Source: an uncultured Candidatus Pelagibacter sp. (lineage in GTDB: Bacteria > Pseudomonadota > Alphaproteobacteria > Pelagibacterales > Pelagibacteraceae). From it: DNA of 64,000 nucleotides. This document shows, piece after piece, positions 48,322-58,989 of this stretch (position 1 is the stretch's first letter; each line of letters opens with the position of its first letter). The stretch covers positions 105,128-169,127 of the forward strand of contig NZ_CALSOW010000001.1 in assembly GCF_943788075.1 (NCBI RefSeq), given 5' to 3'. The translations under genes were made by a program, and so were the position numbers. The notes under the pieces are model-generated. The model ran no database searches and was not told where the DNA came from. It saw nothing but the letters and a program-made list of their open reading frames with translations.

Positions 48322-49938
48322 CTAAAACTGTTTTCTTAATTCAAATTTCTGAATTTTTCCTGTTGATGTTTTTGGCAATTCACAAAAAATAACTTGTTTA
48401 GGTACTTTAAACCCTGCTAAGGTTTCTTTGCAAAAGTCTATTAATTCTTTTTCTGTAGTCGGTTTATCTTGAATCATTTCTATAAATGCACAAGGAACTT
48501 CTCCCCATTTTTCATCAGGTTTTGCAACTACCGCAGCAATGGATACTGATGGATGTTTTGCAAGTGTATTTTCAATTTCAATAGATGAAATATTTTCACC
48601 TCCAGAAATAATAATATCTTTAGATCTATCCTGAATCTTAATATATCCATCTGGGTGCATTACTGCTAAATCACCTGTATGGAACCAGCCACCAGCCATT
48701 GCTTTGTCGGTTGCGGCTTTATCCTTGAAGTAGCCTTTCATTACAATATTTCCTCTAATCATGATTTCACCAATGGTTTTTCCATCTTGTGGAACTTCTT
48801 TCATTGTTTCAGGATCCATTACTGTTACTCCTTCAGTATTTGGATATCTGACACCTTGTCTTGCTTTAATTTCGTTCTGTTTATCTTCATCAAAACTATT
48901 CCACTCATCATTCCAAGAACACTGTGTGACGTGACCATAAGTTTCTGTTAAGCCATAAACATGCATTACCTCAAAACCAAGATCTTTCATTTTTTTAAAA
49001 ATTATACTTGGTGGAGGAGCTCCTGCTGTTAATACATAAACCTTGTTTTTAAGTTTTTTTCGATCAGCTTCTGGGGCTCCTGTAATCATGTTTAATATAA
49101 TTGGCGCACCACCAAAATGAGTTACGTTATACTTATCTATTAGTTCAAAGATTTTTTTAACATCTATGTTCCTAAGACAAACAGTTCTTCCATTCAACAT
49201 TGGGATAGTCCAAGGATAACACCAGCCATTGCAATGAAACATAGGGACAATTGTAAGGAAATTAAGCCTATTTGGCATATTCCAAGCAACCGAACTTCCA
49301 GTAGACATCAAGTATGCACCTCTATGATGATAAACAACTCCCTTGGGATTTCCTGTTGTTCCTGAAGTATAGCTTAAAGATATAGCTTGCCATTCATCTT
49401 CTGGCATTTTCCAATCATAATTTTCATCACCTGTATTTAAAAAATCCTCATATTCCAGATCACCAATTTTTTCTAACTTCGACTGATCTGCATGTTTATC
49501 ATTTATGTCTATGACAATAATTTTTTTATTAATTTTTTTTAAAGCTTTTTTTACTTCTACATGAAGCTGTCTATCTACAACTAATACTTTGGCTTCACTA
49601 TGATCTAAAATATAAGCTATAGTGTTTGCGTCTAATCTGACATTGATAGTGTTTAGAACCCCACCTGTCATTGGAACTGAATAATGTGCCTCAAAAATTT
49701 CAGGAGTATTAAATGCTAAAAATGAGACAGTGTCCCCTTTACTAATTCCAATTTTTGACAATGCACTCGCAAATTTTACAGCTCTTTGATAAACTTCAAT
49801 CCATGTATATTTTCTATCTTCATAAACTATTGCCTCATAATTAGGGTAAACATCTTTAGCTCTTTCTAAAAATGTTAATGGAGTAAGAGGAATATGATTG
49901 GCTTTATTTTTGTCTAAATTTGTATCGTAACTACTCAT
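48322..49938 (-). CDS. dmdB: Methylmercaptopropionate-CoA ligase (acyl-CoA synthetase)
   Basis: YTSGTTGNPKG, PMFHCNGW, YGLTE, HTGD, DRSKDIIISGGEN, KTSTGK; dmd context. Confidence 0.85.
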   Translation of the reverse strand: MSSYDTNLDKNKANHIPLTPLTFLERAKDVYPNYEAIVYEDRKYTWIEVYQRAVKFASALSKIGISKGDTVSFLAFNTPEIFEAHYSVPMTGGVLNTINVRLDANTIAYILDHSEAKVLVVDRQLHVEVKKALKKINKKIIVIDINDKHADQSKLEKIGDLEYEDFLNTGDENYDWKMPEDEWQAISLSYTSGTTGNPKGVVYHHRGAYLMSTGSSVAWNMPNRLNFLTIVPMFHCNGWCYPWTIPMLNGRTVCLRNIDVKKIFELIDKYNVTHFGGAPIILNMITGAPEADRKKLKNKVYVLTAGAPPPSIIFKKMKDLGFEVMHVYGLTETYGHVTQCSWNDEWNSFDEDKQNEIKARQGVRYPNTEGVTVMDPETMKEVPQDGKTIGEIMIRGNIVMKGYFKDKAATDKAMAGGWFHTGDLAVMHPDGYIKIQDRSKDIIISGGENISSIEIENTLAKHPSVSIAAVVAKPDEKWGEVPCAFIEMIQDKPTTEKELIDFCKETLAGFKVPKQVIFCELPKTSTGKIQKFELRKQF

Positions 49939-49940
49939 GA

Positions 49941-51704
49941 TTAATTAAATTTAAAATTCATTATATTTGCACTTCCAGATATTGCAGATTTGTAATGAAA
50001 TTCAGCTCTTGGTAAAACTTTATCAAAATAAAATTTCGCTGTGTTTATTTTATCCTCATAAAACTCTTTGTTAGTTTCATAATCAGTAAAACTTACTTCG
50101 AGTACCTTAATCCACGAATATGCTATTGATACATAGCCAAGCGTTTTTAAATAATCATTTGCAGCTGCGCTAACATCGTCTTTTTCAATTTTAATTTTAT
50201 CTTCAATCCAACCTGTAAATTTATGCAAAATATCTAAGTAATAATTTAACTCTTTAGTATATGATTTCACTTTCTCATTTTTGCTATCACATTCACTTTT
50301 AACCATATCTAAAAATTTTTGAACAATATTTCCATTTTTATTTGAAAGTTTTCTAAAAACTAAATCAGCTGCTTGAACCGAATTTGTTCCTTCATAGATT
50401 GGAGTAATTCTATTATCTCTATATAATTGTTCAATTCCTTGATCTTTTGTGTATCCATACCCTCCATGAATTTGCATAGCATCATTAGTTATTTCCATTG
50501 CTAAATCAGTAAATAATGATTTTACAACGGGGGTCATTAGGGAAACATAATCAGAAGCCTCTTGTTTAATTTTATCATCTGGATGATAAAGACTAACCTC
50601 TGTTTGTTGTGAGAGCCAAAAACAAAGAGCTCTTTCTCCCTCAATTATAGATTTCATATTTAATAATGATTTTCTTATATCCGCATGTTCAATTATAAAA
50701 TCTGCTCCATTTGTAGATTTTGTATTATTAGTTTTTCCTTGTTTTCTCTCTTTAGCGTAAGCCAAAGAATTTTGGTATGCTATCTCTGAAATACCTAAGC
50801 CTTGAATGCCAACAACAATTCTCTCTAAATTCATCATTGTAAACATAGCATTAAGACCCTTGTCTTTTGAACCAATCATGTAACCTGTTGCCTCATCAAA
50901 ATTTAAAACACATGTGGCTGATCCTTTGATACCCATTTTACTTTCAATAGATCCTGTCGATATTCCGTTTCTTTGACCTATGGCTCCATCTTCATTTACA
51001 ACAAATTTTGGAACTAAAAATAAACTTATACCTTTCGTTCCGGCTGGAGAGTCTGTTGATCTTGCTAAAACTAAATGAATTATATTTTCAGTTAAATCAT
51101 GGTCACCTGATGTAATAAATATTTTTTGACCACTAATTTTGTAAGTGCCGTCAGATTGTTGGGTGGCTTTTGTTTTTAATAATCCCAAATCTGTTCCACA
51201 AACTGGTTCCGTTAAACACATCGTACCACTCCATTTGCCCTCAACTATTTTTGGCAAATATTTGTCTTTAATTTCTTTAGGCGCATGATGATTAATACAG
51301 TTGTAAGCTCCAATGCTTAGTTCACTATATAATTTAAAAGATAAACTTGCTGACGAAAGCATTTCATCAAAGAATGCACTAACTGTTTTTGGCATGCCCT
51401 GCCCACCATATTTTGGATCACATGATAATGAGGTCCACCCATCTTCTATGTATTTTTGGTAAGCCTCTTTATATCCTGGAGGGGTTCTAACTACTCCATT
51501 TTCTAAAATAGCAGGATTTTCATCTCCTATTTTTGCAAGAGGTAAAATTAAATTTTGGTTAATTTTTGCTGCTTCTTCTAAAATATCTTTAACTAGATCT
51601 GAACTGACTTCGTTATATTTTTCAAGTTCATTATAATTTTTGTTATCTCTTAATTTTTCAAAGAGAAATAACATGTCATCAACAGGTGCTGTATAATTTG
51701 GCAT
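49941..51704 (-). CDS. dmdC: MMPA-CoA dehydrogenase (acyl-CoA dehydrogenase)
   Basis: GTMCLTEP..GTD, KIFITSG, KMGIKGS.T, QIHGGYG, IYEGTN; dmd context. Confidence 0.85.
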   Translation of the reverse strand: MPNYTAPVDDMLFLFEKLRDNKNYNELEKYNEVSSDLVKDILEEAAKINQNLILPLAKIGDENPAILENGVVRTPPGYKEAYQKYIEDGWTSLSCDPKYGGQGMPKTVSAFFDEMLSSASLSFKLYSELSIGAYNCINHHAPKEIKDKYLPKIVEGKWSGTMCLTEPVCGTDLGLLKTKATQQSDGTYKISGQKIFITSGDHDLTENIIHLVLARSTDSPAGTKGISLFLVPKFVVNEDGAIGQRNGISTGSIESKMGIKGSATCVLNFDEATGYMIGSKDKGLNAMFTMMNLERIVVGIQGLGISEIAYQNSLAYAKERKQGKTNNTKSTNGADFIIEHADIRKSLLNMKSIIEGERALCFWLSQQTEVSLYHPDDKIKQEASDYVSLMTPVVKSLFTDLAMEITNDAMQIHGGYGYTKDQGIEQLYRDNRITPIYEGTNSVQAADLVFRKLSNKNGNIVQKFLDMVKSECDSKNEKVKSYTKELNYYLDILHKFTGWIEDKIKIEKDDVSAAANDYLKTLGYVSIAYSWIKVLEVSFTDYETNKEFYEDKINTAKFYFDKVLPRAEFHYKSAISGSANIMNFKFN

Positions 51705-51710
51705 TCGGGA

Positions 51711-51739
51711 ACTTTAGAATAATTCTAGAATTATTGCAA
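51711..51739 (-). promoter_or_regulatory. Candidate leaderless promoter of dmdC with an 18-bp palindrome over the spacer
   Basis: Minus strand TTGCAA-N17-TAAAGT-N6-ATG; perfect palindrome AATAATTCTAGAATTATT at 51718-51735. Confidence 0.5.
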
Positions 51740-52837
51740 TTTTGAAATTATCGCGTCACCCATTTCAGAAGTTGAGGTCTCTTTCATACCTTCAGACAGA
51801 ATATCTTTTGTTCTAAGACCATCATTTAGTACGTCTTGAACTGCTTTTTCCAAAGCATCTGCTTCATTATCTAGATCTAATGAATATCTAAGAGCCATTG
51901 CAAAACTTAATATTGATGCAATCGGATTTGCTATTCCTTTGCCTGCAATATCTGGTGCTGATCCATGAATAGGCTCATACATAGCTCTCATTTCACCATC
52001 TTTGTTTTTTGCACCCAAAGATGCAGATGGCAGAAGTCCTAAAGATCCTGTAAGCATTGAAGCTTGATCTGAAAGCATGTCACCAAATAAATTGTCAGTC
52101 ACTATCACGTCAAATTGTTTTGGGTTTCTTAAAAGCTGCATTGCACAATTATCAGCAAGCATATGGCTTAATTCCACGTCTTTATATTCTTTGTCGTGAA
52201 GCTCTTGAACTTCTTCTTTCCAAAGCTGACCCGCTTCCATTACATTTGATTTTTCACACGAAGTAACTTTGTTAGATCTTTTTTTAGCTAAATCAAAAGC
52301 AATTCTTGCTACTCTAGTAATTTCGCTAGTTGTGTATGTGTGAGTATTAATTCCTTTTCTCTCACCATTATCTATTGGTTTAATTCCTCTTGGCTCGCCA
52401 AAATATATTCCACCAGTCAATTCTCTTACTATCATTATATCTAATCCTGATACGATTTCTGGCTTTAATGTTGATGCATCAACTAATTGTTCAAAACAAA
52501 TAGCAGGTCTTAAATTTGCAAATAATTTTAATTCTTTTCTAAGTTTTAGTAATGCTCTTTCAGGTTTTTTTGAAAATTCTAAATTATCCCATTTAGGACC
52601 TCCAACAGCCCCTAGCATAATCACTTCACTTTCTAAAGCTTTGTAAAATACTTCATCGGTTATAGGTGTTCCATGTTTATCATACGAACAACCACCGGCT
52701 AGATCTTCATCTATTTCAAAATCTAAAGATTTGTTATCATTAAACCAATTAATAATTTTTTTTACTTCACCAATAACTTCGGGGCCAATACCATCACCTG
52801 GCAATAAAAGTATTTTTCTTTTTTTAACTTTAATCAT
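51731..52837 (-). CDS. leuB: 3-isopropylmalate dehydrogenase
   Basis: [39 protein letters not shown]. Confidence 0.97.
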   Translation of the reverse strand: MIKVKKRKILLLPGDGIGPEVIGEVKKIINWFNDNKSLDFEIDEDLAGGCSYDKHGTPITDEVFYKALESEVIMLGAVGGPKWDNLEFSKKPERALLKLRKELKLFANLRPAICFEQLVDASTLKPEIVSGLDIMIVRELTGGIYFGEPRGIKPIDNGERKGINTHTYTTSEITRVARIAFDLAKKRSNKVTSCEKSNVMEAGQLWKEEVQELHDKEYKDVELSHMLADNCAMQLLRNPKQFDVIVTDNLFGDMLSDQASMLTGSLGLLPSASLGAKNKDGEMRAMYEPIHGSAPDIAGKGIANPIASILSFAMALRYSLDLDNEADALEKAVQDVLNDGLRTKDILSEGMKETSTSEMGDAIISKLQ

Positions 52838-53435
52838 TAAAAATCCATGGTTTTTGATTTTTTAGATTTGTTTCAAAGTTTTCAATTTTATCTGACTTTT
52901 TTAAAGAAAGAGCAATATCATCTAATCCTTCAAGCAGACACTTTTTCTTAAACGGGTCTACATCAAACTTAATTTCGTTATTTCCATAAACTATTTTTTC
53001 ATGATTTAAATCAACTGAAATTTCCTCTTTTCTGTTTGCATATTCTGATAATTCTTTAATTTTTTCTTCTTCTAGAATTATAGGTAAAATTCCATTTTTA
53101 AAACAATTACTATAAAATATATCTGCATAACTAGAGCTGATCACACAAGTTATCCCAAAATCTAATAGTGCCCAAGGTGCATGCTCTCTTGAAGAGCCAC
53201 ATCCAAAATTTTTTCCTGCAATTAGAATTTTTGAACCATTGTAAGGATTTTGATTTAAAATAAAGTCACTAATTTCTTTACCTTGATCATCATATCTCAT
53301 TTCAAAGAATAAATTTTTTCCAAGTCCAGTTCTTTTAATTGTCTTTAAAAACTGTTTTGGAATAATCATGTCTGTATCAATATTTACTATCGGTAGATAT
53401 GCAGGCACACTTTTTAATGTATTAAATTTTTGCAT
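52830..53435 (-). CDS. leuD: 3-isopropylmalate dehydratase small subunit
   Basis: [25 protein letters not shown]. Confidence 0.97.
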   Translation of the reverse strand: MQKFNTLKSVPAYLPIVNIDTDMIIPKQFLKTIKRTGLGKNLFFEMRYDDQGKEISDFILNQNPYNGSKILIAGKNFGCGSSREHAPWALLDFGITCVISSSYADIFYSNCFKNGILPIILEEEKIKELSEYANRKEEISVDLNHEKIVYGNNEIKFDVDPFKKKCLLEGLDDIALSLKKSDKIENFETNLKNQKPWIFND

Positions 53436-54838
53436 TAGTTTTGATACTTCCTCACATCATCTAGGCTTCCAGATATTGCTGCTGCTGCTGCCATACCAGG
53501 ACTAACTAGATGAGTTCTGCCACCTCTTCCTTGTCGTCCTTCAAAATTTCTGTTTGAAGTAGAGGCACATCTTTCTTCAGGTTTTAATTTATCAGCATTC
53601 ATTGCTAAACACATTGAACAACCTGGCTCTCTCCATTCAAAACCAGAGTTTACAAATATTTTATCTAAACCTTCTTGCTCAGCTTGCTCTTTTACTAAAC
53701 CAGAGCCTGGCACAACCATTGCATTCACATGTGATGATATTTTTTTATCTTTTAAAATTTTAGCTGCTTCTCTTAAGTCTTCTATTCTGCCATTTGTACA
53801 ACTTCCTATAAATACTTTATCTATTTTAATGTCTTTAGCAGCCATATCTGGTTTTAAACCCATGTACTTTAAAGCTCTTTCAATAGAATTTTTTTTATCC
53901 TCATCACTTTCACTTTGAGGGTTAGGAACTTTGTCATCTATAGTAATTACATCTTGAGGAGAAGTCCCCCAAGTAATCATTGGTAAAATTTCACCTGCAT
54001 TTAAACTCAACTCTTGATCAAAACTTGCATCTGCATCCGTTTGAAGAGTATTCCAATAATTTAAAGCTTTTTCCCAATTATCTCCTTTTGGAGACATAGG
54101 TTTTCCTTTTAAGTAATTAAATATTTTTTCGTCTGGTGCTATTAAGCCTGCTCTTGCTCCACCTTCTATTGTCATATTGCATATAGTCATCCTTTGCTCA
54201 ACACTTAAGGATCTAATTAGATCACCGGCATATTCAATGACTGAACCTGTTCCACCAGCTGTTCCAATTTTTCCAATAATTTGAAGTATTACATCTTTTG
54301 ATGTCACACCTAAAGGTAATTGACCATTAACATTTATTCTAAAATTTTTTGCTTTTTTTTGAACTAGTGTTTGTGTTGCCAAAACATGTTCAACTTCAGA
54401 TGTCCCAATGCCAAATGCTAGTGACCCAAAAGCACCGTGTGTTGCTGTATGACTATCACCGCAAACTATTACTGTTCCAGGTTGAGTAAAACCTTGTTCA
54501 GGTCCAATTATATGCACTATCCCTTGACGTTTGTCATCCATTCCAAAAAGTTGAACTCCAAATTCTTTACAGTTAGACTCTAATGTATCAACTTGTATTT
54601 TAGACTCTGCATCAGCTATTCCTTTTGTTCTATCTGTCGTAGGTACATTGTGATCTGCTACAGCTAAAGTTAAATTAGGGTGTCTAACTTTTCTATTTGA
54701 ATTTCTTAAACCTTCAAAAGCTTGAGGGCTTGTTACTTCGTGAACTAAATGTCTATCAACAAATAATAAGGCTGTTCCATCATCTTGTTGATCAACCAAG
54801 TGATCATTCCAAATTTTATCGTAAAGAGTAGTGGACAT
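53435..54838 (-). CDS. leuC: 3-isopropylmalate dehydratase large subunit
   Basis: [36 protein letters not shown]. Confidence 0.98.
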   Translation of the reverse strand: MSTTLYDKIWNDHLVDQQDDGTALLFVDRHLVHEVTSPQAFEGLRNSNRKVRHPNLTLAVADHNVPTTDRTKGIADAESKIQVDTLESNCKEFGVQLFGMDDKRQGIVHIIGPEQGFTQPGTVIVCGDSHTATHGAFGSLAFGIGTSEVEHVLATQTLVQKKAKNFRINVNGQLPLGVTSKDVILQIIGKIGTAGGTGSVIEYAGDLIRSLSVEQRMTICNMTIEGGARAGLIAPDEKIFNYLKGKPMSPKGDNWEKALNYWNTLQTDADASFDQELSLNAGEILPMITWGTSPQDVITIDDKVPNPQSESDEDKKNSIERALKYMGLKPDMAAKDIKIDKVFIGSCTNGRIEDLREAAKILKDKKISSHVNAMVVPGSGLVKEQAEQEGLDKIFVNSGFEWREPGCSMCLAMNADKLKPEERCASTSNRNFEGRQGRGGRTHLVSPGMAAAAAISGSLDDVRKYQN

Positions 54839-54849
54839 TGAAAAAAAAA

Positions 54850-55404
54850 TTATTTTTTTTCTGAAGGGCTTTCTGATTTTGGTTCTTCTTTTGAAGCCTC
54901 TTCTGCTGGAACTTTTGCAGCTGGTGCTGCTTCTACTGCTGGAGTTTCTTCTTTAGGAGCTTCTGCAACTGGTGCAACGTTTTCTTCTGTTACAGTCTCA
55001 GGTTTTGCATCAACATCTATCCCAATTTTCTTTCTTATTTTTTCTGCAATTCTTGCTGATTTACCAGTTCTATCTCTTAAGTAGTAAAGTTTAGCTCTTC
55101 TTACTTTTCCTGATCTTATTACTTTAATTGAATCTATAAGTGTTCCATATAATGGGAAAGTTCTTTCAACACCTTCTCCAAAAGAAATTTTTCTAACTGT
55201 AAAAGAAGAATTTAAATCTCTACTTTTTTTAGCAATACAAACACCTTCAAAATATTGAATTCTTTCTTTTTTACCTTCTGTAATTCTAACACCAACTTTA
55301 ACTACATCTCCTGGATAGAAATCTGGAATTTTTTTCTCTGATAGTATTTTTTTAACGTTGTGTTGGTTTATTTCTTCAATTGTTTTCATATCAATATTTA
55401 TCAA
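54850..55404 (-). CDS. rplS: 50S ribosomal protein L19 with acidic Ala/Pro-rich tail (start may be ATG 55389)
   Basis: [34 protein letters not shown]. Confidence 0.97.
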   Translation of the reverse strand: MINIDMKTIEEINQHNVKKILSEKKIPDFYPGDVVKVGVRITEGKKERIQYFEGVCIAKKSRDLNSSFTVRKISFGEGVERTFPLYGTLIDSIKVIRSGKVRRAKLYYLRDRTGKSARIAEKIRKKIGIDVDAKPETVTEENVAPVAEAPKEETPAVEAAPAAKVPAEEASKEEPKSESPSEKK

Positions 55405-55405
55405 G

Positions 55406-56092
55406 TTAATTCTTCTTATATTTTTGCCATAAATCTGGTCTTCGGACGCGTGTTATAGCCTCAGATTGAGATAAACGCCAGTCTTTAATTTTACTGTGAT
55501 CACCAGATAATAGTACTTCTGGAACAGCTTTTTCCTCCCAAATTTGAGGTTTTGTGTATTGTGGGTACTCCAATAAACCATTTTCAAAACTTTCTTCAAC
55601 CCTAGAGTTTTCATTGCCCAAAACTCCAGGCAAAAGTCTTAATATGCTGTCAATCACAACAAATGCTGCTGTTTCTCCTCCTGATAAAATATAGTCTCCA
55701 ATACTTATCTCCTCTATGTTTCGAGTAGATAGCACTCTTTCATCAACACCTTCAAAATGACCACAAATGAAAGATACCGATTTCTCATTTGATAATTCTC
55801 GAGCATAATTTTGATCAAATTTTTTACCTTTTGGTGATAAATAAATTACTTTTTCACCTTCAATTTTATTTTTATCTAAAGATTTTGCTAGAATATCTGC
55901 TTTTAAAAGCATCCCAGAACCTCCTCCATAGGGAGTGTCATCAACTGTTTTGTGTTTGTCTTCAGCTGCATCTCTAATGTTTACAATATTTAAATTCCAT
56001 AAATTTTTAGATAAAGCTTTTCCATATAGGCCTTTTGATAAAGGCCCAGGAAAAACTTCTGGATAAAGTGTAAACACTTGAGCTTGCCACAT
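55406..56092 (-). CDS. trmD: tRNA (guanine37-N1)-methyltransferase
   Basis: [38 protein letters not shown]. Confidence 0.97.
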   Translation of the reverse strand: MWQAQVFTLYPEVFPGPLSKGLYGKALSKNLWNLNIVNIRDAAEDKHKTVDDTPYGGGSGMLLKADILAKSLDKNKIEGEKVIYLSPKGKKFDQNYARELSNEKSVSFICGHFEGVDERVLSTRNIEEISIGDYILSGGETAAFVVIDSILRLLPGVLGNENSRVEESFENGLLEYPQYTKPQIWEEKAVPEVLLSGDHSKIKDWRLSQSEAITRVRRPDLWQKYKKN

Positions 56093-56107
56093 AAATAATT
56101 TTTTAAA

Positions 56108-56629
56108 TTATTTTTGTTCTTCTTTAGGAGCCTCTGCTGCTGGTGCCGCTTCTGCTGCTGGAGCTTCTTCTTTAGGAGCCTCTGCTGCTGGTGCCGCTTC
56201 TGCTGCTGGAGCTTCTTCTTTAGGAGCCTCTGCTGCTGGTGCCGCTTCTGCTGCTGGAGCTTCTTCTTTAGGAGCCTCTGCTGCTGGTGCCGCTTTAGGA
56301 GCTGCTGGAGCTTCTTCACCTTCTTTTTTTCTCTCTTTTTTTGGAACAGCTTTTTTAGGATTGTTACCATTTGCAGGCATTGGCATTAATTCGTTTTCAC
56401 CTAAAATTCTAGCAACTCTAGTTGTTGGTTGAGCACCTTGACCTAACCAATACTTAATTCTTTCAGCTTCAAGACCAACTCTTTCTTTTTTATCTTTAGG
56501 TAAAAGAGGATTAAAAAATCCCACTTTCTCAATAAATCTTCCGTCTCTTGCGAAACGACTATCTGCTACAACAACTTTGTAAACGGGTCGTTTTTTTGTT
56601 CCACCTCTTGATAATCTTAGTTTTAACAT
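56108..56629 (-). CDS. rpsP: 30S ribosomal protein S16 with repetitive C-terminal tail
   Basis: LRLSRGG.KKRP.Y, DSR..RDGRFIE, W...GAQPT; AAGGAG SD. Confidence 0.97.
   Translation of the reverse strand: MLKLRLSRGGTKKRPVYKVVVADSRFARDGRFIEKVGFFNPLLPKDKKERVGLEAERIKYWLGQGAQPTTRVARILGENELMPMPANGNNPKKAVPKKERKKEGEEAPAAPKAAPAAEAPKEEAPAAEAAPAAEAPKEEAPAAEAAPAAEAPKEEAPAAEAAPAAEAPKEEQK
56117..56311. repeat. 48-nt coding tandem repeat: three perfect copies plus one degenerate copy
   Basis: Unit ttcttctttaggagcctctgctgctggtgccgcttctgctgctggagc at 56117, 56165 and 56213; fourth copy from 56261 is identical for 35 nt; encodes [16 protein letters not shown]. Confidence 0.97.
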
Positions 56630-56644
56630 TCTTTCTCCTTTTTA

Positions 56645-58003
56645 TTATTTTAATTGATTAAATAGCTCTGGCGGTATCCCTTTATCAGACATACCTTTCA
56701 GATTTCCTTTTGACATCTTCTTCATCATTTCAGACATCATTTTAAATTGCTTTAGCAATTTATTGATAGTGGCTGGATCTGTGCCAGAGCCATTAGCAAT
56801 TCTTTTTTTTCTAGAACCATCAATAAGTTTTGGGTTCTCTCTTTCTCTTTTAGTCATCGACAAAATAATAGCTTCATTTTTTGTAATAATACTTTCATCA
56901 ATTCCAGCTGAGTCCATTTGAGATTTCATTTTTGAAACACCAGGCATAAAAGACATTATGCCCTCAATACCTCCCATTTTTTTCATTTGTCTCAACTGAG
57001 TTAGATAATCTTGCATTGAAAATTGGCCTTTTTTTAAATTCTCCTCTGCTTTTTTAATATTTTCTTCACCTAAATCTTGTGCAGCTTTTTCAACGAGAGA
57101 TACTATGTCTCCCATTCCAAGAATTCTGTTAGCTATTCTATCGGGGTGGAATACTTCAAGATTATCAATTTTTTCACCAATACCTAAAAATTTAATTGGG
57201 ACATCAGAAACATATTTCATACTAACTGCAGCACCACCTCTTGCATCTCCATCTGCTCTAGTTAAAATTATTCCTGAAAGATTGACAGTATTTTTAAACT
57301 CTTTAGCAACTGATGCAGCAACTTGTCCAGTTAAAGAATCTGCAACTAAAAAAGTTTCTGTAGGATTTATAACATTTTCAATTTGCTTAATTTCACTCAT
57401 CATTTGTAAATCAATTTGAGTTCTACCAGCAGTGTCGAATAAAATAATCTCAGCTCCATTTAAATTGGCTGCACTAATTGCCCTTTGACAAATATCTGTC
57501 GGTTGCTGACCTTCAATAATAGGCAAAGTTAAAATGTTATTTTGTTCCCCAAGTGATTTAAGTTGTTCCTGCGCAGCGGGTCTATAAATATCAAGACTGA
57601 CCATCATTACTTTTTTCTTTTTATTGGCCTCTAAATATTTAGCTAATTTTGCAGTAGTTGTTGTTTTTCCCGAACCTTGTAATCCAACAAGCATCATAGG
57701 AACTGGCGGCACAGCACTAAGATTTATCTCATTATTTGATCCACCTAAAAGATTAACTAATTCATCATAAACAATTTTTACAACCATATCTCCAGGAGAG
57801 GTTGACCTAATAATTTCTTGACCTAAAACTTTTGGTTTTACATTTTCGATAAATTCTTTAGCTACTTCTAAGGTAACATCGGCCTCTAATAGAGCCTGCC
57901 TGATGCCTTTTAAGCCTTCGTCTACTTGAGCTTCATCAAGTGAAGGGGCTTTTTTTAAAGAAGAAAAAATTTCTTCGAATTTACTTGTTAAATTTTCAAA
58001 CAT
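56645..58003 (-). CDS. ffh: Signal recognition particle protein
   Basis: MFENL start at 58003, GLQGSGKTT, DTAGR, DGDARGG, Met-rich M domain. Confidence 0.97.
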   Translation of the reverse strand: MFENLTSKFEEIFSSLKKAPSLDEAQVDEGLKGIRQALLEADVTLEVAKEFIENVKPKVLGQEIIRSTSPGDMVVKIVYDELVNLLGGSNNEINLSAVPPVPMMLVGLQGSGKTTTTAKLAKYLEANKKKKVMMVSLDIYRPAAQEQLKSLGEQNNILTLPIIEGQQPTDICQRAISAANLNGAEIILFDTAGRTQIDLQMMSEIKQIENVINPTETFLVADSLTGQVAASVAKEFKNTVNLSGIILTRADGDARGGAAVSMKYVSDVPIKFLGIGEKIDNLEVFHPDRIANRILGMGDIVSLVEKAAQDLGEENIKKAEENLKKGQFSMQDYLTQLRQMKKMGGIEGIMSFMPGVSKMKSQMDSAGIDESIITKNEAIILSMTKRERENPKLIDGSRKKRIANGSGTDPATINKLLKQFKMMSEMMKKMSKGNLKGMSDKGIPPELFNQLK

Positions 58004-58007
58004 AATT

Positions 58008-58112
58008 ATTACGCACAGCAGTAATCGCACTAGTGGGCGAAGCCTCGCTGACTAGTGTCGATCTCTTTGTTTCCAAAGACACCGCAAAGTTAATGTTTTT
58101 GCGGAAACGAGG
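58008..58112 (-). ncRNA. Structured ffh 5' leader (likely the described ffh cis-regulatory RNA motif)
   Basis: GC-rich island with hairpins CCGCAAA/TTTGCGG, TCTTTG-GAAA-CAAAGA, CACTAGT/ACTAGTG (capped by GCGA/TCGC) and ATTAC/GTAAT; TTGACT-N16-TAGGTT upstream (58142-58115). Confidence 0.7.
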
Positions 58113-58164
58113 ACAACCTATAATAGAGGTTCAAAAAGTCAATAAATAAGTTAAATATCTATAT

Positions 58165-58989
58165 ATGGATATTAAAGCTTTTAAAATGGATGGTTTAGGC
58201 AATGATTTTGTGATTATTGATCAAAGAAGTCAAAATTATAATCTAACCAAAGATCAGATTGTTAAAATATGTGATCGTAATTTTATTGGATGTGATCAGC
58301 TAATATTTATTAAAAAAAATAATGAGAAAGATGCTGGATTAGAGTTCTATAATTCAGATGGAAGCATTTCTGGTGCATGTGGGAATGGCACTAGATGTGT
58401 GGCTGATCTTTTATCAAAAGAAAATAATGATAAAGAAATTATACTTTGGACTTCTTCTGGTGCATTAAAATCTCAGATTTTAGGTGATAATTTAGTAGAA
58501 ACTGAAATTGGAGTTCCAAAAATTAATTGGAATGAAATTCCATTAGATCAAAATTTAGATACAAAAAATTTAAAAATTAAAATTGTTAACAAAAATAATA
58601 TCGAACATATAGGTGGTACTTCTGTAAATGTAGGAAATCCCCATGTTGTTTTTTTTGTAGATAATATTGAAGACTATAATTTAAAAAAAATTGGACCTGA
58701 GATAGAAAATCATAAATATTTTCCAGAAAAATGTAATGTCACCCTTGCACAAGTTATTAATAAAAAATTAATTAAAGTTAAGGTTTGGGAGCGAGGAGCT
58801 GGTCTTACAAAAGCGTGTGGAACAGCTGCATGTGCTACTGCTGTGGCAGCAAATATTAATGAACTAACTGATAAAACAACTGATATTGAGTTTGCACTTG
58901 GTAGATTATCAATATCAATTGATGAAAATAATAGTATTCATATGAAAGGACCTGTCTCAGATATTAAGAATATTGAGATTAATATTTAA
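58165..58989 (+). CDS. dapF: Diaminopimelate epimerase
   Basis: KMDGLGNDF, ACGNGTRC, VGNPH, WERGAG.TKACGT. Confidence 0.96.
   Translation: MDIKAFKMDGLGNDFVIIDQRSQNYNLTKDQIVKICDRNFIGCDQLIFIKKNNEKDAGLEFYNSDGSISGACGNGTRCVADLLSKENNDKEIILWTSSGALKSQILGDNLVETEIGVPKINWNEIPLDQNLDTKNLKIKIVNKNNIEHIGGTSVNVGNPHVVFFVDNIEDYNLKKIGPEIENHKYFPEKCNVTLAQVINKKLIKVKVWERGAGLTKACGTAACATAVAANINELTDKTTDIEFALGRLSISIDENNSIHMKGPVSDIKNIEINI

Noticed and set aside
56117-56311. CRISPR array
   Set aside because: Head-to-tail identical units with no unique spacers, in frame inside rpsP, and no cas genes.
55990-56389. Gln/Lys-repeat ORF (55990..56370) and Cys/Trp-repeat ORF (56114..56389) as novel proteins
   Set aside because: They are alternative frames of the 48-nt rpsP repeat, which keeps frames open.
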